IMG/VR virus record: IMGVR_UViG_3300029787_000114
Coordinates: 1-41,113 of that record
DNA from: a virus
Lineage: Duplodnaviria > Caudoviricetes
Length of the DNA stretch: 41,113 bases
Strand: one strand, 5' to 3'
Below the pieces are notes generated by a model that saw only the letters and a list, made by a program, of their open reading frames with translations, made no database searches and had not been told where the DNA came from. Positions within the stretch are counted from its first letter, which is position 1. Every line of letters begins with the position of its first letter. Both the position numbers and the translations under genes were made by a program. This document shows positions 16,789 through 24,948 of this stretch, piece by piece.

Positions 16789-17103
16789 ATGAAAGAAGAT
16801 TTTAATGCAACAGCACTGACCCGTATATATTATACGGAAGTGCACTTAAAGGAGTTACGCTCACAAGAGCACGATTCTAGTGTGTTAGCCGATAAGTTCG
16901 GCATACGTGTAGACCACGTCATTTATGACCAAAACTCTATGCCATTTGGCATTAGATTCAGCGGTCCGATGTACATGCTACGCAATTTACTAGCCGTATT
17001 ATGGCAAGCAGATCCTAAAAATCACGTGGGATTCGATCCAAAAACTATTGACGATAGAATACACTACAAAGTACAGGAGGTGACACATGGCAGAGTATTA
17101 TGA
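16789..17103 (+). CDS. Hypothetical protein
   Basis: TAGGAGGTGTTT-ATG at 16789; open frame. Confidence 0.75.
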   Translation: MKEDFNATALTRIYYTEVHLKELRSQEHDSSVLADKFGIRVDHVIYDQNSMPFGIRFSGPMYMLRNLLAVLWQADPKNHVGFDPKTIDDRIHYKVQEVTHGRVL

Positions 17104-17287
17104 AATGCCGCAAGAGGAGGCCAACCACATATTTGATGTAATGCGCGAAAGTGGGAGTATGAATATGATGATGGGTGCTTTACTTTTAAATCAACATTAT
17201 AACGTATCTAAATTTCATGCCAAGCAGCTTTTAGCTACTTGGATGAAGACTTATAAGGAGGTATCACATGACGACGAAACTAACTAA
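17087..17287 (+). CDS. Hypothetical protein, 66 aa
   Basis: AGGAGGT RBS; D..RESG..NM...WM pattern of small phage proteins. Confidence 0.75.
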   Translation: MAEYYEMPQEEANHIFDVMRESGSMNMMMGALLLNQHYNVSKFHAKQLLATWMKTYKEVSHDDETN

Positions 17288-17525
17288 CAAGAAAACGGAA
17301 TCAGATAATTGGCACTGGTATCGCGTTGACACAAAATACGAGGTTTTTTGCACGTACTTTGTGCAAGGTAAAAGTATGGACCAAGCATGCGCTAGGGTAT
17401 CTAATGGCGCAGTTACCGAGGAGCCATACCAAGATGATGCATATGGCCAAGAGACTCTAGTCAGTGTTAAGCGGGTAGATCCTGGTGATACAGACTATGA
17501 GCAATTTGAATTGAACTTACGATGA
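17268..17525 (+). CDS. Hypothetical protein, 85 aa
   Basis: AAGGAGGT RBS; coupled to neighbours. Confidence 0.75.
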   Translation: MTTKLTNKKTESDNWHWYRVDTKYEVFCTYFVQGKSMDQACARVSNGAVTEEPYQDDAYGQETLVSVKRVDPGDTDYEQFELNLR

Positions 17526-17728
17526 AGCCTGTTAACATTATAGTGCTAGATTATGAGTCTAGCACGGTTCACGTCCATTGGAATTGCAATATACCAGAAG
17601 ATATTCAGGATATAGAGTCCGATTATATCTTTAACAGTAAACATTTAGGTTATGAAGCTCTTGACTGCAGATTTATGATTTTTAACGGTCTAATCGACCT
17701 ACACAATAATAAGCATGAAAGTGCATAA
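17522..17728 (+). CDS. Hypothetical protein, 68 aa
   Basis: ATGA overlap with the previous stop. Confidence 0.7.
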   Translation: MKPVNIIVLDYESSTVHVHWNCNIPEDIQDIESDYIFNSKHLGYEALDCRFMIFNGLIDLHNNKHESA

Positions 17729-17733
17729 TGCCG

Positions 17734-17762
17734 TTTACAGCAGAATAAAAATAGATTATTAT
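17734..17762 (+). promoter_or_regulatory. Putative promoter P6
   Basis: TTTACA-17 nt-TATTAT. Confidence 0.45.
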
Positions 17763-17811
17763 AAACTATAGATTTTCATAAGCAAGCCGCCTCTCACGGG
17801 GCGCACCCCTT

Positions 17812-17846
17812 GGGGCTTTGAGTATATCTTAGAGCCCCTTTTTTTT
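17812..17846 (+). terminator. Rho-independent terminator, possibly an attenuator
   Basis: GGGGCTTTGAG-TATAT-CTTAGAGCCCC followed by T8, ending 4 nt before the next RBS. Confidence 0.8.
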
Positions 17847-17863
17847 ATATAGAGAGGATTATA

Positions 17864-18148
17864 ATGCTAGTACAACCAAAGATCAAGAAGTTAAAAAAGA
17901 AAGATTGGCTCTACGTCTATGCACGTGACTTTAATTATCAGCTACCCGACTATCTTCCAAAACAGGCAAGAGACATCGCTAATATATTAAAAGATAAAGG
18001 CGCTTTAAAGAGAGACATCTTACTTGCTGAAATGCAAAACGTAGTAAAAACAAAACAAATCGGTGGCGCAAACAGAATATTGACTTACTACCAAAATTTA
18101 TTATGGAATCAAGAAAAAATAATAGAAGTAAGAAAGACCCCAGACTAA
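17864..18148 (+). CDS. Hypothetical protein, divergent paralogue 3
   Basis: AGAGAGG RBS; P.Q...I and TKQ....RILTYY...L....IIEVR resemble the two earlier paralogues. Confidence 0.8.
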   Translation: MLVQPKIKKLKKKDWLYVYARDFNYQLPDYLPKQARDIANILKDKGALKRDILLAEMQNVVKTKQIGGANRILTYYQNLLWNQEKIIEVRKTPD

Positions 18149-18405
18149 CGGGCCCTGATAAGAGAGACGTTGAGGAATCTAATATAAGGTTTCCTATCAC
18201 AGACGTAAAAAACACTTGTATCAAGATAGACGGCAAGATATATACAAGTGTTGGAGATTATACGGCAAGTAATACGTATGACTCAGATACAACAGGTTCA
18301 GATACAACAGGTCTTGGATTAGGTTATTATGCGCATAAGAGAGACGAAAGATTTAATTACACAGAGAGGAAAGAGTATGGCAAACGCAAGAGGAAAGGAG
18401 ATTGA
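18103..18405 (+). CDS. Hypothetical protein, 100 aa
   Basis: Fills the gap before the methyltransferase; contains an in-frame 15-nt duplication (SDTTG twice); overlaps both neighbours. Confidence 0.45.
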   Translation: MESRKNNRSKKDPRLTGPDKRDVEESNIRFPITDVKNTCIKIDGKIYTSVGDYTASNTYDSDTTGSDTTGLGLGYYAHKRDERFNYTERKEYGKRKRKGD

Positions 18406-19243
18406 CAATACCGACTTAAGTATTGATCAAGCAGAGGTCCGAGGTTTTATACACAGGGACTACATAGCACATTGTTTACGTTGGACACACGTAGCACAAT
18501 ATCTAAACGCAAAGCAAAGGTATAAGAAAGCCAATATATTAGATATAGGTTGTGGTAAGGACATGCCACTAGCTAGAATGCTTATGACAAGTAGACTAGC
18601 ACCAAAGATGTATTTAGGTTTCGAGTACAATAAGATGGATATACCTAGTATGTTTGACAACACAACGTTTAAACCTGACGTTATCTCAGGTCAAGACTTT
18701 ACGAAATACCCACCTCCACCACCTCAAGGTGCTGTATTTAATTATACAGTATGTTTCGAGGTCCTTGAGCATGTAGAACCACTTACAGCGATTGAGATAC
18801 TTAAAAAAGTTTATCTATGGACGCAGCCAGGTACTATATCATGGTGGAGTACACCGTGTTGGGACGAGAAAGTAGGCGCTGCTAAAAACCACGTTAATGA
18901 AATGACATATGAAGCAGTAGGATCTATGTTAGAGCATTGTGGCTATAAGATTCATAATCATTGGGGTACGTTTGCTTCAATTAAAGATTATAAAAAACAC
19001 CTTATTGAATGTGGCTATGGTGACTTGTTTGAACGATTAAGGTCTTATTATGACGTAAACTATTTAGCTACAATACTTGCACCACTTTGGCCGCAGTATT
19101 CTAGAAACGCTATTTGGGAAACAGAGTACGTAGGAAAACTAACTAATGAAGAGCGTTTGTTCCCACCTATAAGTAAGCTAGAGGGTAGATTAGGTTCTTC
19201 AGAAAAATGGAGGGATTTACTAACATGCGAAAATCAAGAATAA
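18377..19243 (+). CDS. Class I SAM-dependent methyltransferase (small-molecule type)
   Basis: ILDIGCG motif I, CFEVLEHV, STP...NHVNE; no DPPY/NPPY or PC motif of DNA methyltransferases; start moved to the ATG after AGAGAGG. Confidence 0.85.
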   Translation: MANARGKEIDNTDLSIDQAEVRGFIHRDYIAHCLRWTHVAQYLNAKQRYKKANILDIGCGKDMPLARMLMTSRLAPKMYLGFEYNKMDIPSMFDNTTFKPDVISGQDFTKYPPPPPQGAVFNYTVCFEVLEHVEPLTAIEILKKVYLWTQPGTISWWSTPCWDEKVGAAKNHVNEMTYEAVGSMLEHCGYKIHNHWGTFASIKDYKKHLIECGYGDLFERLRSYYDVNYLATILAPLWPQYSRNAIWETEYVGKLTNEERLFPPISKLEGRLGSSEKWRDLLTCENQE

Positions 19244-19599
19244 CATATGACGTAGCAAAATTCCATGAGAAGATGCTATTAAAATATGATGGTCCACCTA
19301 GACAATTAGAAGAAGATATTACTAGGTCTAGGATAGGTCATCTACAAGAAGAACTTAATGAGTTCCATGCCGCACTTATCTATGATAAAGGTTTACCTGA
19401 AATGCTAGACGCTTTAGTAGATATTGTTTATGTTGCAATAGGAACTTCTTATTTAATGGGTTTAGATTTTGATGAGGCTTGGCGTAGAGTTCATGAAGCT
19501 AACATGAAGAAAATACCCAAAGCTACTAAAAGATCTAAAATAGATGTTGTTAAACCAAAAGGCTGGGTAGCACCAGATTTAAAAGATTTATGCCGATAA
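19207..19599 (+). CDS. MazG-like / PRA-PH all-alpha NTP pyrophosphohydrolase
   Basis: LQEELNEF, EMLDALVDIVYVA.G, VHEANMKK and KP.GW.APD motifs; start may be 19225. Confidence 0.88.
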   Translation: MEGFTNMRKSRITYDVAKFHEKMLLKYDGPPRQLEEDITRSRIGHLQEELNEFHAALIYDKGLPEMLDALVDIVYVAIGTSYLMGLDFDEAWRRVHEANMKKIPKATKRSKIDVVKPKGWVAPDLKDLCR

Positions 19600-20588
19600 T
19601 AGTATTAGATGGCCCAGACGCAGTAGGTAAAACTACGCTTGCTAAAGCCTTTGAAAAACGATACAGAAATGTAAAGTATATTCATCTAGAATATAGATGG
19701 TCAAACAAGATGTTTCACTATCACACAGCAGCTTTTAAAAGAGCTCTTAAATGGTCGAGACAAGGTTTTATTGTAATCATAGATAGGTGGTGGATGAGTG
19801 AGTCCTGTTATGCTAAAGCATATAGAGGAGGATCTGCCTGGCCTATGCATGGCCGGTTTTTAACTAGGCTAGGACTAACACACAGTGTAGTTTATGTCAT
19901 GTGCTTACCTGATATGTTTACATTAGACGTATTTGATAAAATGAAGAGAGAGCGCAATGAACAGTATGATGACATTAAAAAGGTATGTGATTTGTATAGT
20001 CAATTATATTTCGGTGACCAATCTCATACGGAAACAGGGGACTATATTGACCAAGTTATTAAGCTAGGCGGATATATGAGAGCTTCTTATGTTATGCCAT
20101 ACAGTATACAAAACTGGGGAAGCCCAGCTCTTATGAATTGCTTTGTAGATCTTGTTTTACAACGATCAGAAGAAATGAGACAGGATCAGTTTGACGCTGT
20201 TATGACAAGTGATAATTTTTTAGGCCACAGGAAGTTTGCTAATTACTTATTAGTAGGTGAGCAAGTGAATCCTAAATTTAGAGATGTTAAATGGCCTTTT
20301 TTTGAGTACGGTAACTCAAGTCTATTTTTGACTAGCACATTACACGACCTATGGGTTAAGGAAGATAGTCTTGCATTCACTAACATTAGAGATGCCAATG
20401 GAAATGTAGATACAGAGTTTATAAGATTATGTAGTGAAGATAAGATTATCATTGCACTAGGTAGTGAAGCAAAAAACATTATGAAGAGAAGAGGATTTAC
20501 GTGTGACTACCACATAAAGCATCCGTCATGGTATAAACGATTTAACAGTAGTGAATTTAAAGAAGACTTGGAGGATATAATATGCTAG
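19590..20588 (+). CDS. dNMP (thymidylate-type) kinase fused to a UDG-superfamily domain
   Basis: N-terminal GPDAVGKTT P-loop and IIDR...SE..Y; C-terminal LLVGEQ....WPF, FTN, IIALG..A and HPS. Confidence 0.8.
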   Translation: MPIIVLDGPDAVGKTTLAKAFEKRYRNVKYIHLEYRWSNKMFHYHTAAFKRALKWSRQGFIVIIDRWWMSESCYAKAYRGGSAWPMHGRFLTRLGLTHSVVYVMCLPDMFTLDVFDKMKRERNEQYDDIKKVCDLYSQLYFGDQSHTETGDYIDQVIKLGGYMRASYVMPYSIQNWGSPALMNCFVDLVLQRSEEMRQDQFDAVMTSDNFLGHRKFANYLLVGEQVNPKFRDVKWPFFEYGNSSLFLTSTLHDLWVKEDSLAFTNIRDANGNVDTEFIRLCSEDKIIIALGSEAKNIMKRRGFTCDYHIKHPSWYKRFNSSEFKEDLEDIIC

Positions 20589-21406
20589 ATAAAAAAGACG
20601 AATATAACTTAATAAGCAGATCAGCAAGTGAGCAATGGATCAAGCAGTTAAAAAAACTAATGGACGTAAGAAAGGCTTATGAGAAAAGTGATGAAGAATA
20701 TCCAAAGCTAAACACGTATGAAATTATAAATGCAGGCACAACAGTTAACATGGCAGAATGCATACTTAATGTGCCGCAAAGAGAGCTAGGATATAAATTT
20801 ATGGCTCAGGAAGCTTTAAATATATTGATCGGCCATAATCAAGTAAATGCTATTAGAAACTTTTCTCCAACAATAACAAATTATTCTGATGATGGATATT
20901 TTTTTAATGGCCACTACGGTCCTATGATAATTGACCAGTACACTTACATTGTAGATAAGCTAGTAGAAGATAATAATACAAGACAAGCTGTTGCTACAAT
21001 ATGGAGGCCTAATCCAAGAAATAGCAAAGATATTCCTTGCACAGTTAGCGTTCAATTTCTTATAAGAGGTAATAGGCTACACTGTGTAGACACAATGAGA
21101 TCAAGCGACATCTGGTTAGGATGGCCTTACGACATATTTAATTTTACTATGATGACAGCTTATGTATCTTGCTTGTTTGGTCTCAGGACTGGTGATAGAC
21201 TTCAACTAGGCAATTTATTTTTAAATGCAGGTAGCCAACATTTATATTTAAGAGACGTTGAAAAAGCAAATAAAGTCTTAGACAAGTATCTGCATTTTAA
21301 AGTTCCTCCTTTGCAGAAGATCAAGATTGAAGACTGGACATACCCAGCTGAAATACTTAATTGGCTATATGAAAAAGCGCAGACCGGAGATTTTAGTGAG
21401 AGTTGA
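20582..21406 (+). CDS. Thymidylate synthase homologue, probably dCMP-specific (methylase or hydroxymethylase)
   Basis: TRQAV, catalytic D.PC, MRSSDIWLGWPYD (Asp where ThyA has Asn), GS.HLY. Confidence 0.85.
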   Translation: MLDKKDEYNLISRSASEQWIKQLKKLMDVRKAYEKSDEEYPKLNTYEIINAGTTVNMAECILNVPQRELGYKFMAQEALNILIGHNQVNAIRNFSPTITNYSDDGYFFNGHYGPMIIDQYTYIVDKLVEDNNTRQAVATIWRPNPRNSKDIPCTVSVQFLIRGNRLHCVDTMRSSDIWLGWPYDIFNFTMMTAYVSCLFGLRTGDRLQLGNLFLNAGSQHLYLRDVEKANKVLDKYLHFKVPPLQKIKIEDWTYPAEILNWLYEKAQTGDFSES

Positions 21407-21839
21407 TGCTGAAAATTATTTTTTAAATATGGCTGAGCTAGTATCTATGAGAGGTACATGTTCAAGAAGACAGGTAGGCTGTATACTAGTAGACAAAAAT
21501 AATTTAGTATTAGCTACAGGATATAATGGAAATCCAAGAGGACATAAACACTGTATCGATAGTCCTTGTGATGGAGCTAAATTAAAAGGTACAGGATTAG
21601 GACTAGATATTTGTGAGGCAATACATGCAGAACAGAATGCATTGCTTCAATGTAAAGATGTAGATAAAATTAAAACAGCTTATATAACAGTAAGCCCTTG
21701 TATGACTTGCGTAAAGCTATTATTAAATACGTCATGTAAAGAAATAGTTTTTATGGAAGAATATATAGATAATAATAACCCGAAAAGGATGTGGCAAAAT
21801 GGCAAAAGAAAATGGACACACGCAGGAACCGTTATTTAA
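21327..21839 (+). CDS. dCMP deaminase family protein
   Basis: TC.RRQVG, TGYNG, HAEQNA and PCMTC zinc motifs; likely start 21369. Confidence 0.9.
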   Translation: MKTGHTQLKYLIGYMKKRRPEILVRVDAENYFLNMAELVSMRGTCSRRQVGCILVDKNNLVLATGYNGNPRGHKHCIDSPCDGAKLKGTGLGLDICEAIHAEQNALLQCKDVDKIKTAYITVSPCMTCVKLLLNTSCKEIVFMEEYIDNNNPKRMWQNGKRKWTHAGTVI

Positions 21840-23703
21840 ACCGGAATCTAGATGGGAACCGCCAACCGAGTTCCCTGATCTTTCAAGCGCAAAAATTATT
21901 GCATTTGACTGTGAAACTAGTGACCCTAATCTACTTAAACACGGACCAGGAGGAGTAAGAAATGATGGAAAACTCGTTGGACTATCAATGGCGACAGACG
22001 ATGGCTTTAAAGGATATTATCCAATCAGACATGAAGGTGGAGGTAACCTTGACTGTGAGCAAGTCTTACAATGGGCGCAGGATCAACTCAAAGGAAGCAC
22101 AGATAAGGTTGGAGCAAATATCCTTTATGATTTGGAATGGCTTAGGAGCGAAGGGATTCATGTTGGAGGAAACAAATACGACATCCAAGTTGCAGAACCC
22201 CTTATTGACGAAGAAAGAAAAGAAGGATATAGTTTAGAAAAATTAAGCAGAAGATACCTTAACAAAGGTAAAGATGAAGATCTTTTAAGAGCGGCAGCTG
22301 ATGCATATAACATAGATGCTAAGGGAGAGTTATGGAAACTACCTGCTCATTACGTAGGACCTTATGGTGAGGCAGACTCTGTTAATACATTACAAGTTTT
22401 TCAAAAGCAACTACCTATTTTAAAACAACAAGAGCTTATGGACGTGTTTAAACTAGAGACAGATATAATACCGCTAATATTAGATATGAGATTTAAAGGT
22501 GTGAAGGTAGATCTAGACAATGCAGAAAAATTAAATAAAAAATATAAGCAAGAAGAAACAAAGCTATTAAAAGAACTTAGAGATTTTACAGGCTATCCAA
22601 TTGAGCCTTGGAGTAACGACCAGATAGGACACGTCTGTGAAACTAAAAAGATATGGTACCCGAGAACCGAGGCAGGTAATCCTTCATTTACTGCTAACTT
22701 TATGGAAGGAAGTAAAGAGCCTTTATTTCAAATGATAGCATCGTATAGAAAAGTAAATAAAATGAGACGAGACTTTATAGATAAAGTTATACTAGGCATG
22801 AATGTTAATGGCAGGATCCATGCACAGTTTCACCCATTAAGAAAAGATACTGATGGTACAAGAACAGGTAGGTTTAGTTCATCGAACCCTAACTTACAAC
22901 AAATACCTTCAAGAGATAAATACTGGGGACCATTAATACGATCCTTATTTATACCTGAAAATGGTTGTGACTGGTTAAGACTAGATTACAATCAACAAGA
23001 ACCAAGAGTTATGGTTCATTATGCTTGTTTAAGAGGTATAAGAGGAGCTAAAGAAGCAGCACAAGCATATAAAGAATCAGGTGCAGACTTCCATACAATG
23101 GTGTCAGAGCTTGCTAACATAGATCGTAAAGTAGCTAAGACAATTAATTTAGGTATCATGTATGGTATGGGGACGTTTAAGCTAGGACAAATGTTAGGCA
23201 TTACATATGATGAAGCCAAGTCTTTACTAGAGCAATATCATACTTCAGTACCATTTGTTAAAGGTATTATGCATGAGGCTACTAAGGCAGCGACATATAG
23301 GGGAGAGATAAAAACTTTACTAGGTAGAAAAAGACATTTTGATTATTGGACACCTGCAGATTCTACACTTAAATTTCCAAATAAAGAAATGCCATTAAGA
23401 AAACAAGATGCAGAAAAGGTATGGGAAGGTAGACCATTACAAAGAGCGTTTACTCATAAAGCTTTAAATGCTTTAATACAAGGAGCTTCTGCAGATCTTA
23501 CAAAGAAAGCTATGGTAGATATTTACAAAGAGCTAGGTGAAGTACCTCATCTACAAATACATGATGAGCTTGACTTTAGTGTAACTAGTGGAGATACAAA
23601 GACAATTAAAAAAATTGCAGACATAATGGAAAACTGTATGCAGCTTGAAGTACCACTTAAGGTATCTGTTGAAACTGGTAAATCATGGGGGAAGTTAAAA
23701 TGA
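21799..23703 (+). CDS. polA: Family A DNA polymerase with a 3'-5' exonuclease domain
   Basis: ExoI FDCET, ExoII NILYDL, TGRFSSSNPNLQQIP, motif A DYNQQEPR, motif B RKVAKTINLGIMYG, motif C IHDEL. Confidence 0.95.
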   Translation: MAKENGHTQEPLFKPESRWEPPTEFPDLSSAKIIAFDCETSDPNLLKHGPGGVRNDGKLVGLSMATDDGFKGYYPIRHEGGGNLDCEQVLQWAQDQLKGSTDKVGANILYDLEWLRSEGIHVGGNKYDIQVAEPLIDEERKEGYSLEKLSRRYLNKGKDEDLLRAAADAYNIDAKGELWKLPAHYVGPYGEADSVNTLQVFQKQLPILKQQELMDVFKLETDIIPLILDMRFKGVKVDLDNAEKLNKKYKQEETKLLKELRDFTGYPIEPWSNDQIGHVCETKKIWYPRTEAGNPSFTANFMEGSKEPLFQMIASYRKVNKMRRDFIDKVILGMNVNGRIHAQFHPLRKDTDGTRTGRFSSSNPNLQQIPSRDKYWGPLIRSLFIPENGCDWLRLDYNQQEPRVMVHYACLRGIRGAKEAAQAYKESGADFHTMVSELANIDRKVAKTINLGIMYGMGTFKLGQMLGITYDEAKSLLEQYHTSVPFVKGIMHEATKAATYRGEIKTLLGRKRHFDYWTPADSTLKFPNKEMPLRKQDAEKVWEGRPLQRAFTHKALNALIQGASADLTKKAMVDIYKELGEVPHLQIHDELDFSVTSGDTKTIKKIADIMENCMQLEVPLKVSVETGKSWGKLK

Positions 23704-24107
23704 GAGAAAAAGATTTGTGGGCGTTGTTTAAAAAAAATATACCCGGTCATTTAGTAAGGATCGAAAACATAGTCACTAAAGGTGTACCTGATGTTCATTG
23801 CTCTAGGAACGGAAAGTCTGTATGGGTAGAACTTAAGATAACAAATGGAACTAGAGTATATTTTCAACCTTCACAAATAGCTTTTTTTGAGGAAGCAAAG
23901 AAACATCAAGAGATCGTCAAAGTATTTGTCAGGCACAAAAATCTGTTATATCTAATTAATACGACAACATTATTAAAAATGGTATACGAAGTCAATAAAA
24001 GTGATAAGATAACCTATGACATATCTCAATTAGCAAAAGCACATATATGGGGACAGCCGTACGATTGGAAAGAAATATATAGAAAGCTTTACGATATTAA
24101 ACCTTAG
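23685..24107 (+). CDS. PD-(D/E)XK nuclease (VRR-NUC / Holliday junction resolvase-like)
   Basis: RIEN....GVPDV......WVELK......PSQ; likely start 23700. Confidence 0.8.
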   Translation: MGEVKMREKDLWALFKKNIPGHLVRIENIVTKGVPDVHCSRNGKSVWVELKITNGTRVYFQPSQIAFFEEAKKHQEIVKVFVRHKNLLYLINTTTLLKMVYEVNKSDKITYDISQLAKAHIWGQPYDWKEIYRKLYDIKP

Positions 24108-24121
24108 TAAAGAGAGGAGTT

Positions 24122-24439
24122 ATGTCAGTATTTATAGTACAAGAAGTAAAAGGCAGGAACGTATTATCTGCACAAAAATTTGGAGAATTAAAACTTATGC
24201 TTCCACCAGGAGATATTGTTTTGTCTGCGCAACCTACTATCAAGCGCTTAAAGGCAAAGTTGAAAGACTTTTCAAACGATGACTATATCTTAACGATGGG
24301 AGATCCAATAGCCATTGCATTAGCAGGAGCTATAGCCTGTGAATACAACAATGGCAAAGTTAAGTTTTTAAAGTGGGATAGACAAGAGAGAAAATACTAT
24401 CCTGTTAACTGTAACCTACGCGGAGAGAGATATGATTAA
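24122..24439 (+). CDS. Hypothetical alpha/beta protein in the replication module
   Basis: GAGGAG RBS; DYIL..GDP and LKWDR...Y.PV motifs. Confidence 0.8.
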   Translation: MSVFIVQEVKGRNVLSAQKFGELKLMLPPGDIVLSAQPTIKRLKAKLKDFSNDDYILTMGDPIAIALAGAIACEYNNGKVKFLKWDRQERKYYPVNCNLRGERYD

Positions 24440-24947
24440 TGATAAGCAGGGTAAGGAAGTACAGGATCTTTTAGATGAATTACTTTATGCTGATAATGCA
24501 ATAAACGAGTTAGAAAAAAAAATTAAAGATGTAAAAGAAATTAAAGATCGACTAACCTATACAGACATACCTCTTAAACTAGCAGAGTTTGGTTTGTCTG
24601 AACTTAAAACAGTTGATGGTAGCTCAATCACTATAAAGCCAGAGTACCGAGGACACATTAGTAAGGAAAACAAAGACGATGCACACACTTGGCTTAGAGA
24701 AAATGAACATGGCGATCTTATAAAAAATCAAGTTAAGACTTCGTTTGGAAAAGGCGAAGATAAAGATGCAACAGATTTAATGATGCATTTAACAGAAGAA
24801 GGAATCGGGTTTACGCACACTGAAGCTGTACACCATAGCAGCCTTAAAGCGTTTATCAGAGAACAAACAGAGAAAGGTAACGACCTACCCCATGATCTGT
24901 TAGGAATATTTGTAGGTCAAAAAGCAACCATAAAGAGAGGAAAGTAA
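24432..24947 (+). CDS. Hypothetical replication-module protein (coiled-coil N-terminus)
   Basis: WLREN.HGDLIK and VH..SLKAFIRE motifs; adjacent to the SSB-like gene. Confidence 0.75.
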   Translation: MINDKQGKEVQDLLDELLYADNAINELEKKIKDVKEIKDRLTYTDIPLKLAEFGLSELKTVDGSSITIKPEYRGHISKENKDDAHTWLRENEHGDLIKNQVKTSFGKGEDKDATDLMMHLTEEGIGFTHTEAVHHSSLKAFIREQTEKGNDLPHDLLGIFVGQKATIKRGK

Positions 24948-24948
24948 T

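Noticed and set aside
18377-19243. Methyltransferase as a restriction-type DNA methyltransferase
   Set aside because: Lacks the DPPY/NPPY and PC/ENV catalytic motifs.
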